Assembly: GCA_963728915.1 (NCBI GenBank) | Contig: CAVSLV010000004.1 | Coordinates: forward strand, 128,001-192,000 | Length of the DNA stretch: 64,000 bases | Source of the DNA: an uncultured Gemmatimonadales bacterium | GTDB lineage: Bacteria; Gemmatimonadota; Gemmatimonadetes; Gemmatimonadales; GWC2-71-9 | Direction: 5' to 3' | Part shown: positions 47,764 to 58,621 of the stretch, in pieces | Position numbering within the stretch: the stretch's first letter is position 1 | Layout: each line of letters opens with the position of its first letter | Translations under genes and position numbers: made by a program | The notes under the pieces: model-generated | What the model was told of the DNA's origin: nothing | Databases searched by the model: none | Seen by the model: only the letters and a program-made list of their open reading frames with translations

Positions 47764-48974
47764 CGGCGATTGCCGCCCAGCGGACTCCCGGAGCGATCGC
47801 GGGCCCACTGCTCCCGCCGCTGCCACTCCTCCAGGAGACCCGTGGTGGGGAGCACCAGGACACTGTCACCCTCTTCCAGACCAGAAGTGATCACGGTGTA
47901 GTCGTAATCGGTGAGGCCGGTGTTGACCGGTACCGCCCGTGGCTCCCCGTTCTCCATCACGAAGACCAGATACCGGTTGGGCCGCTTGGTACTGTCGCCG
48001 GCCTCGGGGAGGATCTCTTCGGGTGCGAGGCCGAGCGGCACCGCAAGCGCCAGGGCGTCCTCGGGTGAGCGGAGCGCCGAGTTGGGCACCGCCAGCGCAT
48101 TCTCCACCTTGCCGATATGGATCACGACCTCGGCGTTCATGCCGGGGCGGAGCAGCGATTCGGGATTGGGGATCCGCACCAGGACCGGAAACATCGTGAC
48201 GTTCTGCTCGGTCACTCCTTCCGCGGCGATCCGTTCCACCTGGCCGGTGAAGGGCCGATTGGGAAAGGCGGCAACTTGCATGGTGACGGGGGTGCCCGGC
48301 TTGATGGGTCCGATGTCGGTCTCGTCCACCAGCGCCCTGACCCGCACCGTGTCGAGCGCCGCCATCCGGAGCAGCACCGCCCCGCCCCCCACGTCCCGGC
48401 TCGCCGAAGCGATCACGCTCCCGACTTCGACCGCGCGCTCGAGAATGACGCCCGAGACCGGGGCGCGCACTTCGGTATCCTCGAGCGCGATCTGGGCATC
48501 CTGGAGCGCGCGACGGGCCCGTACCAGCGCGGCGTACGCCGTGGCCCGGGCGAGTCGCGCCTGTTCCAGCTCGAGATCGGTGATGGCACGCGATTGGTGC
48601 AGGCCCACCGCCCGGGCGAGCTGCGCTTCCGCGTTGTCCAGCTCGGCGCGCGCCACGACCGAGTCGGCTTCGGCCTCGGTCACGGCGTTGGCGGGAATCC
48701 GGGGGTCCACCCGGATCAGCAGCTGGCCGGCCCGCACCCGATCGCCCTCCTGCACCGCGATCGCCGTGATTTCGCCGGATGCCTTTGACTTGACGTCGAC
48801 CGTGGTGACCGGCTCGACCACGCCGGCGGCGGTGGCGGTGACCACGATGTTGCGGTGCCCGACGAGGGCGAGCTGCGGATGGTTTTCGGGTTTGGGAGCG
48901 CTACAGCTCAGGATCGTGCCGGCCAGCGGCACCCATCGAAGGACGATATGCCATGGACGTCGTTGTCGTGTCAT
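47760..48974 (-). CDS. MacA-like efflux periplasmic adaptor
   Basis: VKSKASGEI, VRAPVSG, VDETDI, LRPGMNA; lipobox-like ILSC. Confidence 0.92.
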   Translation of the reverse strand: MTRQRRPWHIVLRWVPLAGTILSCSAPKPENHPQLALVGHRNIVVTATAAGVVEPVTTVDVKSKASGEITAIAVQEGDRVRAGQLLIRVDPRIPANAVTEAEADSVVARAELDNAEAQLARAVGLHQSRAITDLELEQARLARATAYAALVRARRALQDAQIALEDTEVRAPVSGVILERAVEVGSVIASASRDVGGGAVLLRMAALDTVRVRALVDETDIGPIKPGTPVTMQVAAFPNRPFTGQVERIAAEGVTEQNVTMFPVLVRIPNPESLLRPGMNAEVVIHIGKVENALAVPNSALRSPEDALALAVPLGLAPEEILPEAGDSTKRPNRYLVFVMENGEPRAVPVNTGLTDYDYTVITSGLEEGDSVLVLPTTGLLEEWQRREQWARDRSGSPLGGNRR

Positions 48975-49035
48975 CGCCTGCCTTCCCTCCCGATGCAGGG
49001 TATCCCATCGGGAAGGAGGAGGCAAGGGTGGCGCG

Positions 49036-50010
49036 TTATTTCTTCACGAGCGATTTCTTGATCCAGCCCTCGGCGTCGGGGCCCTGCACGTGGAGGAACC
49101 CGTCCTTTTCCTCGCCGAGGTACACCAGCTTGTCGGTGCTCTTGAGCGCCGCCAGCACCTTGGCCCCGTCCTGCGGCGCCGCCAGCAGCTTCACGTTGTC
49201 GATTTTCGGCATGACCACGTCGCCATCGGCGAACACCGCACCCGCCTTCACCTGGTCGCCGTCGAGGCCGGCTCCCTTGAAGCGGTCGGCGCGCGCCATG
49301 AGCTGGGAATTGGCCTTGATGTTGTCGACGATGTTGTTGTAATTGTCGAGGTACGACTGCGCGATGACCTTGCCCTCCGCGGTATTCGAATAGCCGCCCC
49401 CCGCCACCGCACCGCCGCCCAGCCACGCAAACCCACCCAGCGCGAAGTCCTTCTTCTTGGCCTTCCCCTGCGCCGCGGCCACCTGAATGCTGGTGCGCGA
49501 ATCCGCGATCAGCATGCTGGTCTCGGCTTCCTTGAACTTGAGCCCGCCGGCCACCGCGCCGACCCGGCGGCCGAGGAGCCCGCCGACCGCCCCGCCCATT
49601 CCGCCGGCATTCGGATTGTCGAAGACCACGGCCGGCGTCAGGATGAAGTCGGCCGCCTTCATCTGGCCTTTCCCCATGTTCTCATCCTGTTGCATTTCCC
49701 CGGCGCCGGCGAGGGCCCGCTCCTGCATCATGTTCTGCATGGCGACGCCCCGCTCGACCACCAGGAAACAGTTCGAGTTCTGGACCATCATCCGAATCAG
49801 CCCGGACGGCGATCCCAGGCCGTATCGCTGGAAAGCGGCCATGTACTGCTGTTGCGGCTCCACCACGGCCAGGGTTCCGATCGGTTTGTCGCACTTCCTG
49901 AGCTCGTCTTTACCCTGTTTGGCGGATGAACTGTCCTGCGCTGCGGCAATGGCGGACGTGCTGATGATGCAAACCATTCCTGATACCACTGCCCGGATGA
50001 CCCTGGCCAT
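49036..50010 (-). CDS. CsgG/HfaB family protein with C-terminal SH3-like domain
   Basis: Signal peptide, SNCFLVVERG, AADF, glycine-rich segment, C-terminal GF..V...EGWI. Confidence 0.8.
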   Translation of the reverse strand: MARVIRAVVSGMVCIISTSAIAAAQDSSSAKQGKDELRKCDKPIGTLAVVEPQQQYMAAFQRYGLGSPSGLIRMMVQNSNCFLVVERGVAMQNMMQERALAGAGEMQQDENMGKGQMKAADFILTPAVVFDNPNAGGMGGAVGGLLGRRVGAVAGGLKFKEAETSMLIADSRTSIQVAAAQGKAKKKDFALGGFAWLGGGAVAGGGYSNTAEGKVIAQSYLDNYNNIVDNIKANSQLMARADRFKGAGLDGDQVKAGAVFADGDVVMPKIDNVKLLAAPQDGAKVLAALKSTDKLVYLGEEKDGFLHVQGPDAEGWIKKSLVKK

Positions 50011-50137
50011 GACTCCCTCGCTGTAGATGGGGCGCATGCTCATATAGCATTGCGCAGGGAAGCCCGCAAGACTGTCAGCCGCGGGTGCCGCTGGACCGGT
50101 AGTTGACACCCCGGGTTCCGGGCACGATCCTCTCCCG

Positions 50138-50404
50138 ATGCCCGACCGGTCCGGTCTGCAGGCCATCGCTTTGCGGCAGCGTCGTTTTGCCCTTGCCCTC
50201 ACCGCGGGGATGATCGGGCTCTATTTCGGCTTCATCCTGCTGATCGCCTACGACAAGCCACTCCTGGGGCGCACGCTGGTTCCGGGAATTTCCCTGGGAA
50301 TCCTGTTCGGGGCCCTGGTCATCGTGGGGTCGTGGCTTCTCACCTGGGTCTACGTGCGTTGGGCCAACACCCACTACGACACCGAGCTGGATCGGCACCG
50401 CTGA
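50138..50404 (+). CDS. DUF485 (YjcH-like) small membrane protein
   Basis: [18 protein letters not shown]; directly upstream of actP. Confidence 0.88.
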   Translation: MPDRSGLQAIALRQRRFALALTAGMIGLYFGFILLIAYDKPLLGRTLVPGISLGILFGALVIVGSWLLTWVYVRWANTHYDTELDRHR

Positions 50405-50405
50405 C

Positions 50406-51959
50406 ATGAGCCTGCAACAGGTGGCCACCCGGATCGGCCAGCCCAATGGAGTGGCGATGGGGTTCTTCTTCGTCTTCATCGCGATCACCCTGGGCATCAC
50501 CTGGTGGGCCGCCCGCCGGACCCGTACCACCGAGCATTACTACGCGGCGGGCCGGAGCATCGGTGCCAGGCAGAACGGCATTGCCCTCGCCGGCGACTAC
50601 ATGAGCGCGGCGTCCTTCCTCGGCATTGCGGGCCTGGTTTCGACCACGGGGTTTGACGGGTTGATCTACTCGACCGGCTGGCTGGTCGGCTGGCCGGTGG
50701 TGCTTTTCCTGATCGCCGAGCCGCTCCGGAATCTGGGGAAGTACACCTTCGCCGACGTCGTCGCGGCCCGCCTTCGCCAGGCCCCGGTTCGCACCGCCTC
50801 GGCCGCCGGCACCCTCGCGACGGTTTCCCTCTATCTCATCGCGCAGATGGTCGGCGCCGGCAGCCTGGTGCGGCTGATGTTCGGGATCTCCTATGAAACG
50901 GCGATCGTGATCGTCGGCGTGGTGATGATCGCATACGTTCTGTTCGGCGGGATGATCGCGACGACGTGGGTCCAGATCGTCAAGGCGGTGCTGCTGCTTT
51001 CCGGCGCAACGATCCTTGCCTTCCTGGTCCTCTGGCGGTTCGGAATGAATCCCGCCGCCCTGTTTGCCGCGGCTGCGGAGCGCTATGGCGCGTCGGTCCT
51101 TGCGCCCGGAAGACTGGTCAGCAAGCCGCTCGATGCGGTGAGTCTCGGTCTCGCCCTCATGTTCGGAACCGCGGGGCTTCCCCACATCCTGATGCGGTTC
51201 TACACGGTGCCCGATGCGCGCTCGGCCCGGCGGAGCGTGTTCTACGCGACCGGCCTGATCGGCGCCTTCTATCTCCTGACCTTCGTGCTCGGCTTCGGCG
51301 CGATGGTCCTGGTCGGATCCGAGACGATCAAGGCGGTCGAGCCCGGCGGCAACATGGCCGCTCCGCTCCTCGCCGAGCTGATCGGGGGAACACCGTTTCT
51401 GGGGTTCATCGCCGCGGTGGCGTTCGCGACCATTCTGGCGGTCGTCGCGGGGCTCACCCTCTCCGGCGCGGCGGCGTTGTCCCATGACCTGTGGGTCCAC
51501 GTGGTGCGGAAGGACCACGCCACCGCGGACGAGCAGCTCAGGGTGGCCCGGATCGCCACGGTCGGCCTCGGCGTCCTGGGCATCCTCCTGGGCATCACCT
51601 TCAAGGGACAGAACGTCGCGTTCATGGTGGGACTCGCCTTCGCGATCGCGGCGAGCGCCAACTTCCCCGCGCTGGTCCTCTCGATCTTCTGGCGCGGATA
51701 CACCACGGCGGGCGCGGTCACCAGTATGCTGCTGGGAACCGCGGGGGCCCTGGTCCTGATCTATCTCTCGCCCACCGTGCAGGTGGACATCCTGAAACAC
51801 GAAACCGCCTGGTTCCCGCTCCGCAATCCCGCCCTGGTGACGATGCCGCTGTCGTTCCTCGCCGGCATCCTGGTTTCCCTCCTGGCCCGGCGTCCGGAGG
51901 AGGCTTCCGCCTTTGACGGACTCCAGCGCCGCGTGCACCTGGGTGGAGACTCCTCCTGA
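50406..51959 (+). CDS. actP: Cation/acetate symporter (SSS family)
   Basis: [44 protein letters not shown]. Confidence 0.93.
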   Translation: MSLQQVATRIGQPNGVAMGFFFVFIAITLGITWWAARRTRTTEHYYAAGRSIGARQNGIALAGDYMSAASFLGIAGLVSTTGFDGLIYSTGWLVGWPVVLFLIAEPLRNLGKYTFADVVAARLRQAPVRTASAAGTLATVSLYLIAQMVGAGSLVRLMFGISYETAIVIVGVVMIAYVLFGGMIATTWVQIVKAVLLLSGATILAFLVLWRFGMNPAALFAAAAERYGASVLAPGRLVSKPLDAVSLGLALMFGTAGLPHILMRFYTVPDARSARRSVFYATGLIGAFYLLTFVLGFGAMVLVGSETIKAVEPGGNMAAPLLAELIGGTPFLGFIAAVAFATILAVVAGLTLSGAAALSHDLWVHVVRKDHATADEQLRVARIATVGLGVLGILLGITFKGQNVAFMVGLAFAIAASANFPALVLSIFWRGYTTAGAVTSMLLGTAGALVLIYLSPTVQVDILKHETAWFPLRNPALVTMPLSFLAGILVSLLARRPEEASAFDGLQRRVHLGGDSS

Positions 51960-52104
51960 TCCTCGAGGCCGGGGGTGCAGGCCAAGCCCCGGTCCGCCTC
52001 GAGTCCACTGCCGAAAACCAGCCAGCCCATCCCGTGTCAGCGCCGGGGCACCAGTCGTCATGCAGGGTGAGGGCACGGCGACACGGCTAACACGGGGAGG
52101 AGAT

Positions 52105-52338
52105 ATGGGGATCCGGAAAGCGGGGAAGGCAGGTTGGCTGGCACTGCTCGGACTGGGATGGCAGGCGCTGGTGCGGCCCGCCCTGGTGATGGCGCAGGAC
52201 ATTCACGTGGATGTGAACCCGGAGCGGAGCAGCGGACCGCCGTGGTATGGGATCTGGTGGGTATGGCTCCTGGCGGCCGTGTTCGTCATTGTGATCGTCG
52301 CGCTGACCACTCGGGGAGGAGGTCGCCGCCCGGCCTGA
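52105..52338 (+). CDS. Small membrane protein (signal peptide plus one C-terminal TM helix)
   Basis: GGAGGAG RBS, MGIRK...AQD, WYGIWWVW helix. Confidence 0.7.
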   Translation: MGIRKAGKAGWLALLGLGWQALVRPALVMAQDIHVDVNPERSSGPPWYGIWWVWLLAAVFVIVIVALTTRGGGRRPA

Positions 52339-52372
52339 TCCCGGAGCGCCAGACGCCGCTGTGCCGTCTGTG

Positions 52373-52404
52373 ACCGGGGCCCGAGTGTATCGGGTCCCGG
52401 TTTG
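52373..52404 (+). terminator. Intrinsic terminator-like hairpin
   Basis: accggggcccga-gtgta-tcgggtcccggt followed by a T-rich tail. Confidence 0.55.
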
Positions 52405-52440
52405 CATTATTGTTTCGGAGTCCTCCGCTCCGAGTCATCC

Positions 52441-55400
52441 ATGATCCATCCTCGCCTGACCCTGGCCCTGCTGCTCGCTCCTGCCATCCCATTGACGGTG
52501 ACGGCACAGACCGCCGACTCCGCTGCATTCGCCAGTCTGGTCTGGCGGAATCTCGGGCCCCAGCGAGGCGGGCGGTCGGTGGCCGCGGCCGGCTCGGCTG
52601 CCCGGCCCAACGAGTACTACATGGGGACCACCGGCGGCGGCGTGTTCAAGACGGTGGATGGCGGCGCCAACTGGGTCCCGGTGAGCGACAAATACTTCGG
52701 CGGCACCATCGGCGCGATTGCGGTGAGCGAGTCCAATCCCGACATCGTCTATGTGGGCGGGGGCGAGTTCCCGATCCGGGGCAACGTTTCCCACGGGGAC
52801 GGGGTCTACAAATCCACCGATGGGGGCAAGACCTGGACCTACATGGGCCTGGTCGAGACTCGTCAGATCTCCAAGATCCGGGTTCATCCCAGGAATCCCG
52901 ACATCGTCTACGTCGCCGCGCTGGGCCAGGTCTTCGGGCCGAGCCCCAATCGGGGCGTCTACAAGAGCACCGACGGCGGGAAGACCTGGGCCAGGATCCT
53001 GTTCCGGAACGACACCACCGGTGCGATCGACCTCTCCATGGATCCCCACGACCCGGAGACCCTCTACGCCGGGTTATGGACGGCGTATCGGAAGCCGTGG
53101 CAGCTGGTGAGCGGCGGGACCGGGAGTGGGATCTTCAAGACCACCGACGGCGGCCGTACCTGGAAGGAGCTGACCCGGAATCCGGGCCTGCCGGCGGGCA
53201 TCATCGGCAACATCGGACTGTCGGTCTCTCCCGCCAATCCCCGCCGGGTCTTTGCGATCGTGGAAGCCGATTCCGGCGGCGTGTTCCGCTCCGATGACGG
53301 TGGGGACACCTGGATCCGGACCAGCGGCGATCGCAATCTCCGCCAGCGCGCCTGGTACTACAGCCGGATCTACGCCGATCCGCAGGATGAGAACACGGTG
53401 TACGCGAGCAATGTCAATTTCCAGCGCTCCCGTGACGGGGGACGGACCTGGCAGCCGCTCCGTCCTCCCCACGGCGACAGCCACGATATGTGGATCGCGC
53501 CGAACAACAATCAGCGGATGATCGAATCGGACGACGGCGGCTCCACCGTGACCACCAACGGCGGGCGGAGCTGGACCGAACAGGATTTTCCCACCGCGCA
53601 GTTCTATCACGTCGTCACCACGACGCACTTCCCCTACCGGGTCTGCGGCGCCCAGCAGGACAACAGCACGGTCTGCATGCCAAGCCGCTCGATCGACGGC
53701 GCCGATCTCCAGGACTTCTACGACGTGGGCGGCGGCGAGTCGGGATACATCGCGGTGCGTCCCGACAATCCGGACATCGTCTTCGCGGGGAGCTACGGCG
53801 GGTTGCTGACCCGGACCGATACCCGGACCGGATTGAGCCGGAACGTGAATCCGTGGCCGCTCAATCCCATGGGCCACAGCGCGATCGATCTCAAGTACCG
53901 GTTCCAGTGGACGTTCCCGATCGTGATCTCCCCCCACGATCCCAACGTCCTCTACGCCGGCTCGAACGTGATCCACCGATCGACCGACGAAGGGGCGAGC
54001 TGGACCGCCATCAGCCCCGACCTGACCCGGCACGACCCCACCACCCTGGGCCCCTCGGGCGGGCCGATCACCAAGGACCAGACCAGCGTCGAGTACTACG
54101 CCACCGTGTTCACCATTGCGGAGTCGCCGGTGGAACAAGGGGTGATCTGGTCGGGAAGCGACGACGGCCTGGTCTACGTAACCCGCGACAACGGAGCGGC
54201 CTGGACCAACGTGACGCCCAAGGACCTTCCCGAGTGGACCCGGATCTCGATCATCGAGGCCTCGCCCCACGGCAAAGGCGCCGCGTATCTCGCCGGGAAC
54301 CGGTACCAGCTCAACGACTACACCCCCTACCTCTACAAGACCTCCGATTACGGCCAGACCTGGACCAGAATCACCAACGGGATTGCGGCGAGCGAGTTCA
54401 CCCGGGTGATCCGTGAGGACCCGGCCCGGGCCGGCCTGCTGTACGCCGGGACCGAACGGGGCGTCTGGGTCTCGTTCGACGACGGCGGGCACTGGCAGCG
54501 CTTGCAACGGAATCTGCCGCCGGTGCCGGTGCACGATCTCACCATCAAGGACGGCGATCTCGTCGCCGCCACCCACGGGCGGGGGTTCTGGATTCTGGAT
54601 GACATCTCCCCACTCCGGCAGTACGCGGGAGGGGTGACCGACAAGGATGCCCAGCTCTTCAAGCCGCGGGACGCCTATCGCACCGCGGGCGGCTTCTTCT
54701 TTTTCGGGGGAGCCGGCGCGGGAGCGGGGTCACGGGAGCTCGGCCCCCTCACCGGGTGGGATGGCGCGGTCATTCACTACTGGCTCAAGCGTCCGGGCCA
54801 GCGGCTGACCCTGGAGTTTCTCGACGGGAAGGGCCAGGTGATCCGGCGATTCTCGAGCGAGCTCGACTCGATCGCCCGGGCGGACTCGTTGGCCCGGGCC
54901 GGGGAGCGCGCCTCCCGGGTGGCGGTCAATCGAAAAGCGGCCGATAGCCTCGCCGCGCTCGGCGTCATGCCCGCCGCGGTTCAGCCCGACTCGACGGAGA
55001 CTTCTCCCCAGGCGGGCTGGCGCTACACGCCGGCGCCGAGGGTCCCGAACCGGGCCGGCATGAATCGGTTCACCTGGAATTTGCGCAGCGAGGACGCGGT
55101 AGGATTCCCGGGGATGATCTACTGGGCCGGGGGAACCGCCGGACCGGTCATTCCTCCCGGCGCCTACACCGTTCGCATGACCGTGGGAGATCAGACTCAA
55201 ATCCAGAGTTTCCAGGTGCTCGCCGATCCGCGCGCCAAGGCGAGTCAGGCCGATCTCGACGCCCAGTACGCGTTTCTCATCCAGGTGCGCGACAAGGCCA
55301 ACGAGGCCAACAACGCCGTGCGCACCATCCGGAACGTCAAGACCCAGCTCGACGACCGCCGGGCGAAAGGCGGCCCGGTCTATGACCGGCTTTCGCGGGC

Positions 55401-55704
55401 GCTCTCGGCGGACCTTTCCGCGGTGGAGGAGGAGATCTACCAGGTGCGCAATCGCAGCGGCCAGGATCCACTCAACTATCCGATCAAGCTGAACAATCAG
55501 ATCGCGGCCCTCGCCGGGGTGGCGGCCAGCACCGAAGCCCGCCCGACCGCGCAGTCGTACGAAGTGTTCAAGGTCCTTTCTGATCAGCTCGGGACCCAGC
55601 TCCTGCGGCTCCGGGAGCTGCTGGGTTCCCGCCTTGATGCGGTGAACGCCGAGCTCGCGAAGCGCGGGGCGGAGAAAATCGTGCCCGGAACCGACCTGCC
55701 GTGA
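52441..55704 (+). CDS. VPS10/sortilin-like BNR-repeat (Asp-box) glycosyl hydrolase-like protein
   Basis: WRNLGP.RGGR, many S.DGG.TW Asp boxes, ATHGRG, C-terminal coiled region. Confidence 0.9.
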   Translation: MIHPRLTLALLLAPAIPLTVTAQTADSAAFASLVWRNLGPQRGGRSVAAAGSAARPNEYYMGTTGGGVFKTVDGGANWVPVSDKYFGGTIGAIAVSESNPDIVYVGGGEFPIRGNVSHGDGVYKSTDGGKTWTYMGLVETRQISKIRVHPRNPDIVYVAALGQVFGPSPNRGVYKSTDGGKTWARILFRNDTTGAIDLSMDPHDPETLYAGLWTAYRKPWQLVSGGTGSGIFKTTDGGRTWKELTRNPGLPAGIIGNIGLSVSPANPRRVFAIVEADSGGVFRSDDGGDTWIRTSGDRNLRQRAWYYSRIYADPQDENTVYASNVNFQRSRDGGRTWQPLRPPHGDSHDMWIAPNNNQRMIESDDGGSTVTTNGGRSWTEQDFPTAQFYHVVTTTHFPYRVCGAQQDNSTVCMPSRSIDGADLQDFYDVGGGESGYIAVRPDNPDIVFAGSYGGLLTRTDTRTGLSRNVNPWPLNPMGHSAIDLKYRFQWTFPIVISPHDPNVLYAGSNVIHRSTDEGASWTAISPDLTRHDPTTLGPSGGPITKDQTSVEYYATVFTIAESPVEQGVIWSGSDDGLVYVTRDNGAAWTNVTPKDLPEWTRISIIEASPHGKGAAYLAGNRYQLNDYTPYLYKTSDYGQTWTRITNGIAASEFTRVIREDPARAGLLYAGTERGVWVSFDDGGHWQRLQRNLPPVPVHDLTIKDGDLVAATHGRGFWILDDISPLRQYAGGVTDKDAQLFKPRDAYRTAGGFFFFGGAGAGAGSRELGPLTGWDGAVIHYWLKRPGQRLTLEFLDGKGQVIRRFSSELDSIARADSLARAGERASRVAVNRKAADSLAALGVMPAAVQPDSTETSPQAGWRYTPAPRVPNRAGMNRFTWNLRSEDAVGFPGMIYWAGGTAGPVIPPGAYTVRMTVGDQTQIQSFQVLADPRAKASQADLDAQYAFLIQVRDKANEANNAVRTIRNVKTQLDDRRAKGGPVYDRLSRALSADLSAVEEEIYQVRNRSGQDPLNYPIKLNNQIAALAGVAASTEARPTAQSYEVFKVLSDQLGTQLLRLRELLGSRLDAVNAELAKRGAEKIVPGTDLP

Positions 55705-56774
55705 ACCGGGCGATTGGGCTGGGGGTGTTGCTCGCGCTGGGGTGCGGGCCGGGACAGGCGGCGGTCCCGCCCGAGGAGATGCTTCCGTTCGGCTCGGACA
55801 CCATCGCGACGCACTGGGACGATATGCCGATCGCGGCGGCCAGCGCCGATCGCTTCGTGGTGGTTTCGGCGCCCTGGGACTCCGCCGGTCTCACCGCGTT
55901 CGATCACGGCCGGCTGGACCCGCTCGGCGGGATGCGTTCGCGAGCCTACCGGCATCCGTTCCAGGTCTTCTCGTTCCGCGACACCGTCTATCTCGCCGAC
56001 TGGGGAATGCGCCGCTCCACGGTATGGGGCCCGGACGGGAGGCTGCTCGACTCCCTGCCGGCGCCGGAGCGGCTTCGCGGCGCGTACCTCCGGGCTCGTG
56101 ACGCCGCGGGGAATCTCTATTTCCAGATCGAGCCGGTCGCAGGGAGGGACGGAAGCGGCAATCAGGATTCCGCGGCGGTGGTGCGGGCCAACCCAGGCCT
56201 CACCCGGTTCGATACGGTGGCCCGCCTGGCGCCGATCGAGCTGACCCAGGTGCGCCGCGACAACCAGGTCCGTTTCGAGCGTCGGGTGTTCAGCGGCTCC
56301 GATGTCTGGGGAGTCTGGCCCGACGGCACCGTCTGGATCGCCCGGCGGTTCCGGAACCAGCTGGTCACGTTCGATCCCCAGGGGCGGGTGACCCGGGGGC
56401 CCGAGCTTCCCGATCCGGTGTTCGAGATCACCACCGCGGACCGGCGGGAGTATCTCTACAGCTATCCGGAAGACGTCCGTCCCCGGGAGGGCGACGTGGC
56501 CTGGGCGATCATCCATCCGCCGTTCATCGCCGCCTTCGGCGCCCCTGACGGCTCGGTATGGCTCGAGAAGAGCAAACAGGCTGAAGACAGCCTGCGGCGA
56601 ATCCACGTGCTGGGCCGGTCCGGATCGTTACAGCGAGTCCTGGTCCTGAAAGGGCAGGGGCGGCTGCTCGCAGTCGGGGCCGAGAATCTCCTCCTCGCCG
56701 AGCGCGCTCCGGAAGGAATTCGCCTGGTCAGAGTGAGAATTCCCGCGGCGTCACGCGGTTCCCCCGCGCCTTAG
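55701..56774 (+). CDS. Hypothetical lipoprotein, beta-propeller-like
   Basis: Lipobox ALGC, RDAAGNLYF, D.WGVWPDG, DGSVWL; distantly similar to 41112-42269. Confidence 0.75.
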   Translation: MNRAIGLGVLLALGCGPGQAAVPPEEMLPFGSDTIATHWDDMPIAAASADRFVVVSAPWDSAGLTAFDHGRLDPLGGMRSRAYRHPFQVFSFRDTVYLADWGMRRSTVWGPDGRLLDSLPAPERLRGAYLRARDAAGNLYFQIEPVAGRDGSGNQDSAAVVRANPGLTRFDTVARLAPIELTQVRRDNQVRFERRVFSGSDVWGVWPDGTVWIARRFRNQLVTFDPQGRVTRGPELPDPVFEITTADRREYLYSYPEDVRPREGDVAWAIIHPPFIAAFGAPDGSVWLEKSKQAEDSLRRIHVLGRSGSLQRVLVLKGQGRLLAVGAENLLLAERAPEGIRLVRVRIPAASRGSPAP

Positions 56775-56816
56775 CATTCCTCAGTTCGGTCGACACGGCA
56801 TCTGCCGGAGGCCCGC

Positions 56817-57518
56817 ATGCGCTGGTTTTCATTGAGGTTGATGTCCGGACTGGTCGTCTCGGCCTTCGAAGCCTTTGGCTCGACCGTCCATGCCCAGGTG
56901 CCCACCGCCCCGACGCGCTACGAAGTCTGTCGCCAGGCGGTGACCCAGCAGGTAGGCAGGCTCGCGACGCAAGTCATGTACTTCAGCGGGGTGATGCGCC
57001 GTGGTCAGATCGACGACCTGGCATACAGCACTGCGTTCGCCGCCTTCCTCCGCGAGAAGTATGGCATCCCGCCGACCATCGGGATGACCCCGGAGTGCGG
57101 GTCCGCGTCCGATGAAGCGTCGGCGCGCAGGGTGATCGACGATACTTGGAAGGACGCGACGGGACGATATCGGTATGTCGATACCGGGTGGACCTACCCA
57201 GCGGGGGCGTCGGCCCCATCACCTACCGCACCGCAAGCCCCGCGATCGTTGTCGAGCGAGATGGTGACCTTCGACTGCGACGAGGCTGGAACCAGGGTCA
57301 CCGTCGCGGTCACGTTCTACTTCGATGACGGAAACCGGACACCGAATCGAGCCACGATCATGATTGACGGCAAGACGATCGACTTGCGAAGGGATAGTGG
57401 CAACGCCAGCGGATGGGGCTTCGGTTCGGCGACAGGGGTGGGTTTCACAAGGATCGGGTCAGGGGGCGGGACATTGGTCCGCGGCTCGAAGCAGAGCAGG
57501 TGCACCGTCCGCAGGTGA
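56817..57518 (+). CDS. Hypothetical secreted protein with possible MliC-like C-terminal domain
   Basis: GGAGG RBS, signal peptide, Pro/Ala linker, C...ASG...C beta domain. Confidence 0.7.
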   Translation: MRWFSLRLMSGLVVSAFEAFGSTVHAQVPTAPTRYEVCRQAVTQQVGRLATQVMYFSGVMRRGQIDDLAYSTAFAAFLREKYGIPPTIGMTPECGSASDEASARRVIDDTWKDATGRYRYVDTGWTYPAGASAPSPTAPQAPRSLSSEMVTFDCDEAGTRVTVAVTFYFDDGNRTPNRATIMIDGKTIDLRRDSGNASGWGFGSATGVGFTRIGSGGGTLVRGSKQSRCTVRR

Positions 57519-57528
57519 TCGTGACGGA

Positions 57529-58035
57529 TTAGGCGCTGTCCCCCAGCTCGCGCGCCAAACCCTCGAGATATCCCTTTATCGTCGCGGTGGGTGAGAACAA
57601 CACGAGACCGACCGCCCGGAAGATCGGGTTCTTCACGAACCCGGCCTCGGTGATGGTGAGACGGGTGCCACTCCCCTCGGGGGCCAGCTCCCAGGTCCAG
57701 GTCCCGCCGAACGGCTGATCGTCGTCGACCACCCGGACGACCTGGCGGCGAGGCGGGTCCTGGGAAACGACCTCGAAGGTGACTTTGCCCTGCCTGGATC
57801 GCTCCACGAATCTGGCGGGTCCGGGACCGGGCAGCATTTCCACGGCGCTGATCCCTGCCCGCCAACGGGGCGTCCCGCCGAAATCCGAGATCAGACCCCA
57901 GACCCGGTCCGGCGTGGCCTGGAGCGTAACCCGCATGCTCGCCAGGTGGTTTCTGGGAACCAGGCTGCCGACCAGCGCGAGCACCAGTGGGAGACCGATC
58001 AGTACTCCGCCCGCGATCCAGAGCCACCGCATCAT
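57529..58035 (-). CDS. SRPBCC (polyketide cyclase/dehydrase-like) protein with N-terminal TM helix
   Basis: VW.LISD...P.W, FGGTWTWEL, T.LTITE.G; ATGA overlap with marR. Confidence 0.85.
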   Translation of the reverse strand: MMRWLWIAGGVLIGLPLVLALVGSLVPRNHLASMRVTLQATPDRVWGLISDFGGTPRWRAGISAVEMLPGPGPARFVERSRQGKVTFEVVSQDPPRRQVVRVVDDDQPFGGTWTWELAPEGSGTRLTITEAGFVKNPIFRAVGLVLFSPTATIKGYLEGLARELGDSA

Positions 58036-58502
58036 CCGTCTCCCCGGTGCCATCGTTTGGGTTCCGCCGCGTTGAGGTCCCGGGCCGCCCGGGCGAGGAG
58101 GCCTAACCCGCGCACCGCCGCCCGCCGCGCTTCCCGGGAGAGCCGTGCCAGCAGCAGCCCGACCCGCCCGGAATCCAGGATGCTGCCCGCCTTCATCGCC
58201 GCGGTGCCCTGCGGGGTGAGATAGAGCTCGAGCCGGCGCCGGTCGCCCTTCACTGGTCGTCGCACCAGGTAGCCGAGCCGCTCCAGCCGCGTGACCGCCT
58301 CGGAGACGGTGGAGGGACGGAGGGAGAGGTGGCGGGCCAGATCCCCCGCCCCGATCGGCCGGGTGGGATGCAGGTGCCCCAGGATCCAGCTCTCCCGGGC
58401 TGAGAGACTGGCCGGGTTGGTGCGCCGGCGGGGGTGCTGGATGTGGCAGGCGTGATAGATCTGGGGATAGGCGGCGAGCACGGCACGCACCGGATCGTCC
58501 AT
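58032..58502 (-). CDS. MarR family regulator
   Basis: LA.HL...STVS..V.RLE..GY..R....DRR..LYLT..G. Confidence 0.9.
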   Translation of the reverse strand: MDDPVRAVLAAYPQIYHACHIQHPRRRTNPASLSARESWILGHLHPTRPIGAGDLARHLSLRPSTVSEAVTRLERLGYLVRRPVKGDRRRLELYLTPQGTAAMKAGSILDSGRVGLLLARLSREARRAAVRGLGLLARAARDLNAAEPKRWHRGDG

Positions 58503-58522
58503 GGAGGAAAGCTCCGGGTCAA

Positions 58523-58550
58523 CCGATCGTTCGTCAAATCGAACGATCGG
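58523..58550. promoter_or_regulatory. Perfect 11-bp inverted repeat, candidate MarR operator
   Basis: ccgatcgttcg-tcaaat-cgaacgatcgg overlapping a minus-strand TTGACG. Confidence 0.65.
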
Positions 58551-58584
58551 CCGGTCCGCCCGGCCCGGTCTCGCCCTCACCTTG

Positions 58585-58621
58585 CGCTTCTACAAGGCGG
58601 GCGCTATTTCTTGTAGAAGCG
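58585..58621. promoter_or_regulatory. Perfect 12-bp inverted repeat, candidate PadR operator
   Basis: cgcttctacaag-13 nt-cttgtagaagcg overlapping TTGCGC-17-TATTTC. Confidence 0.65.
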
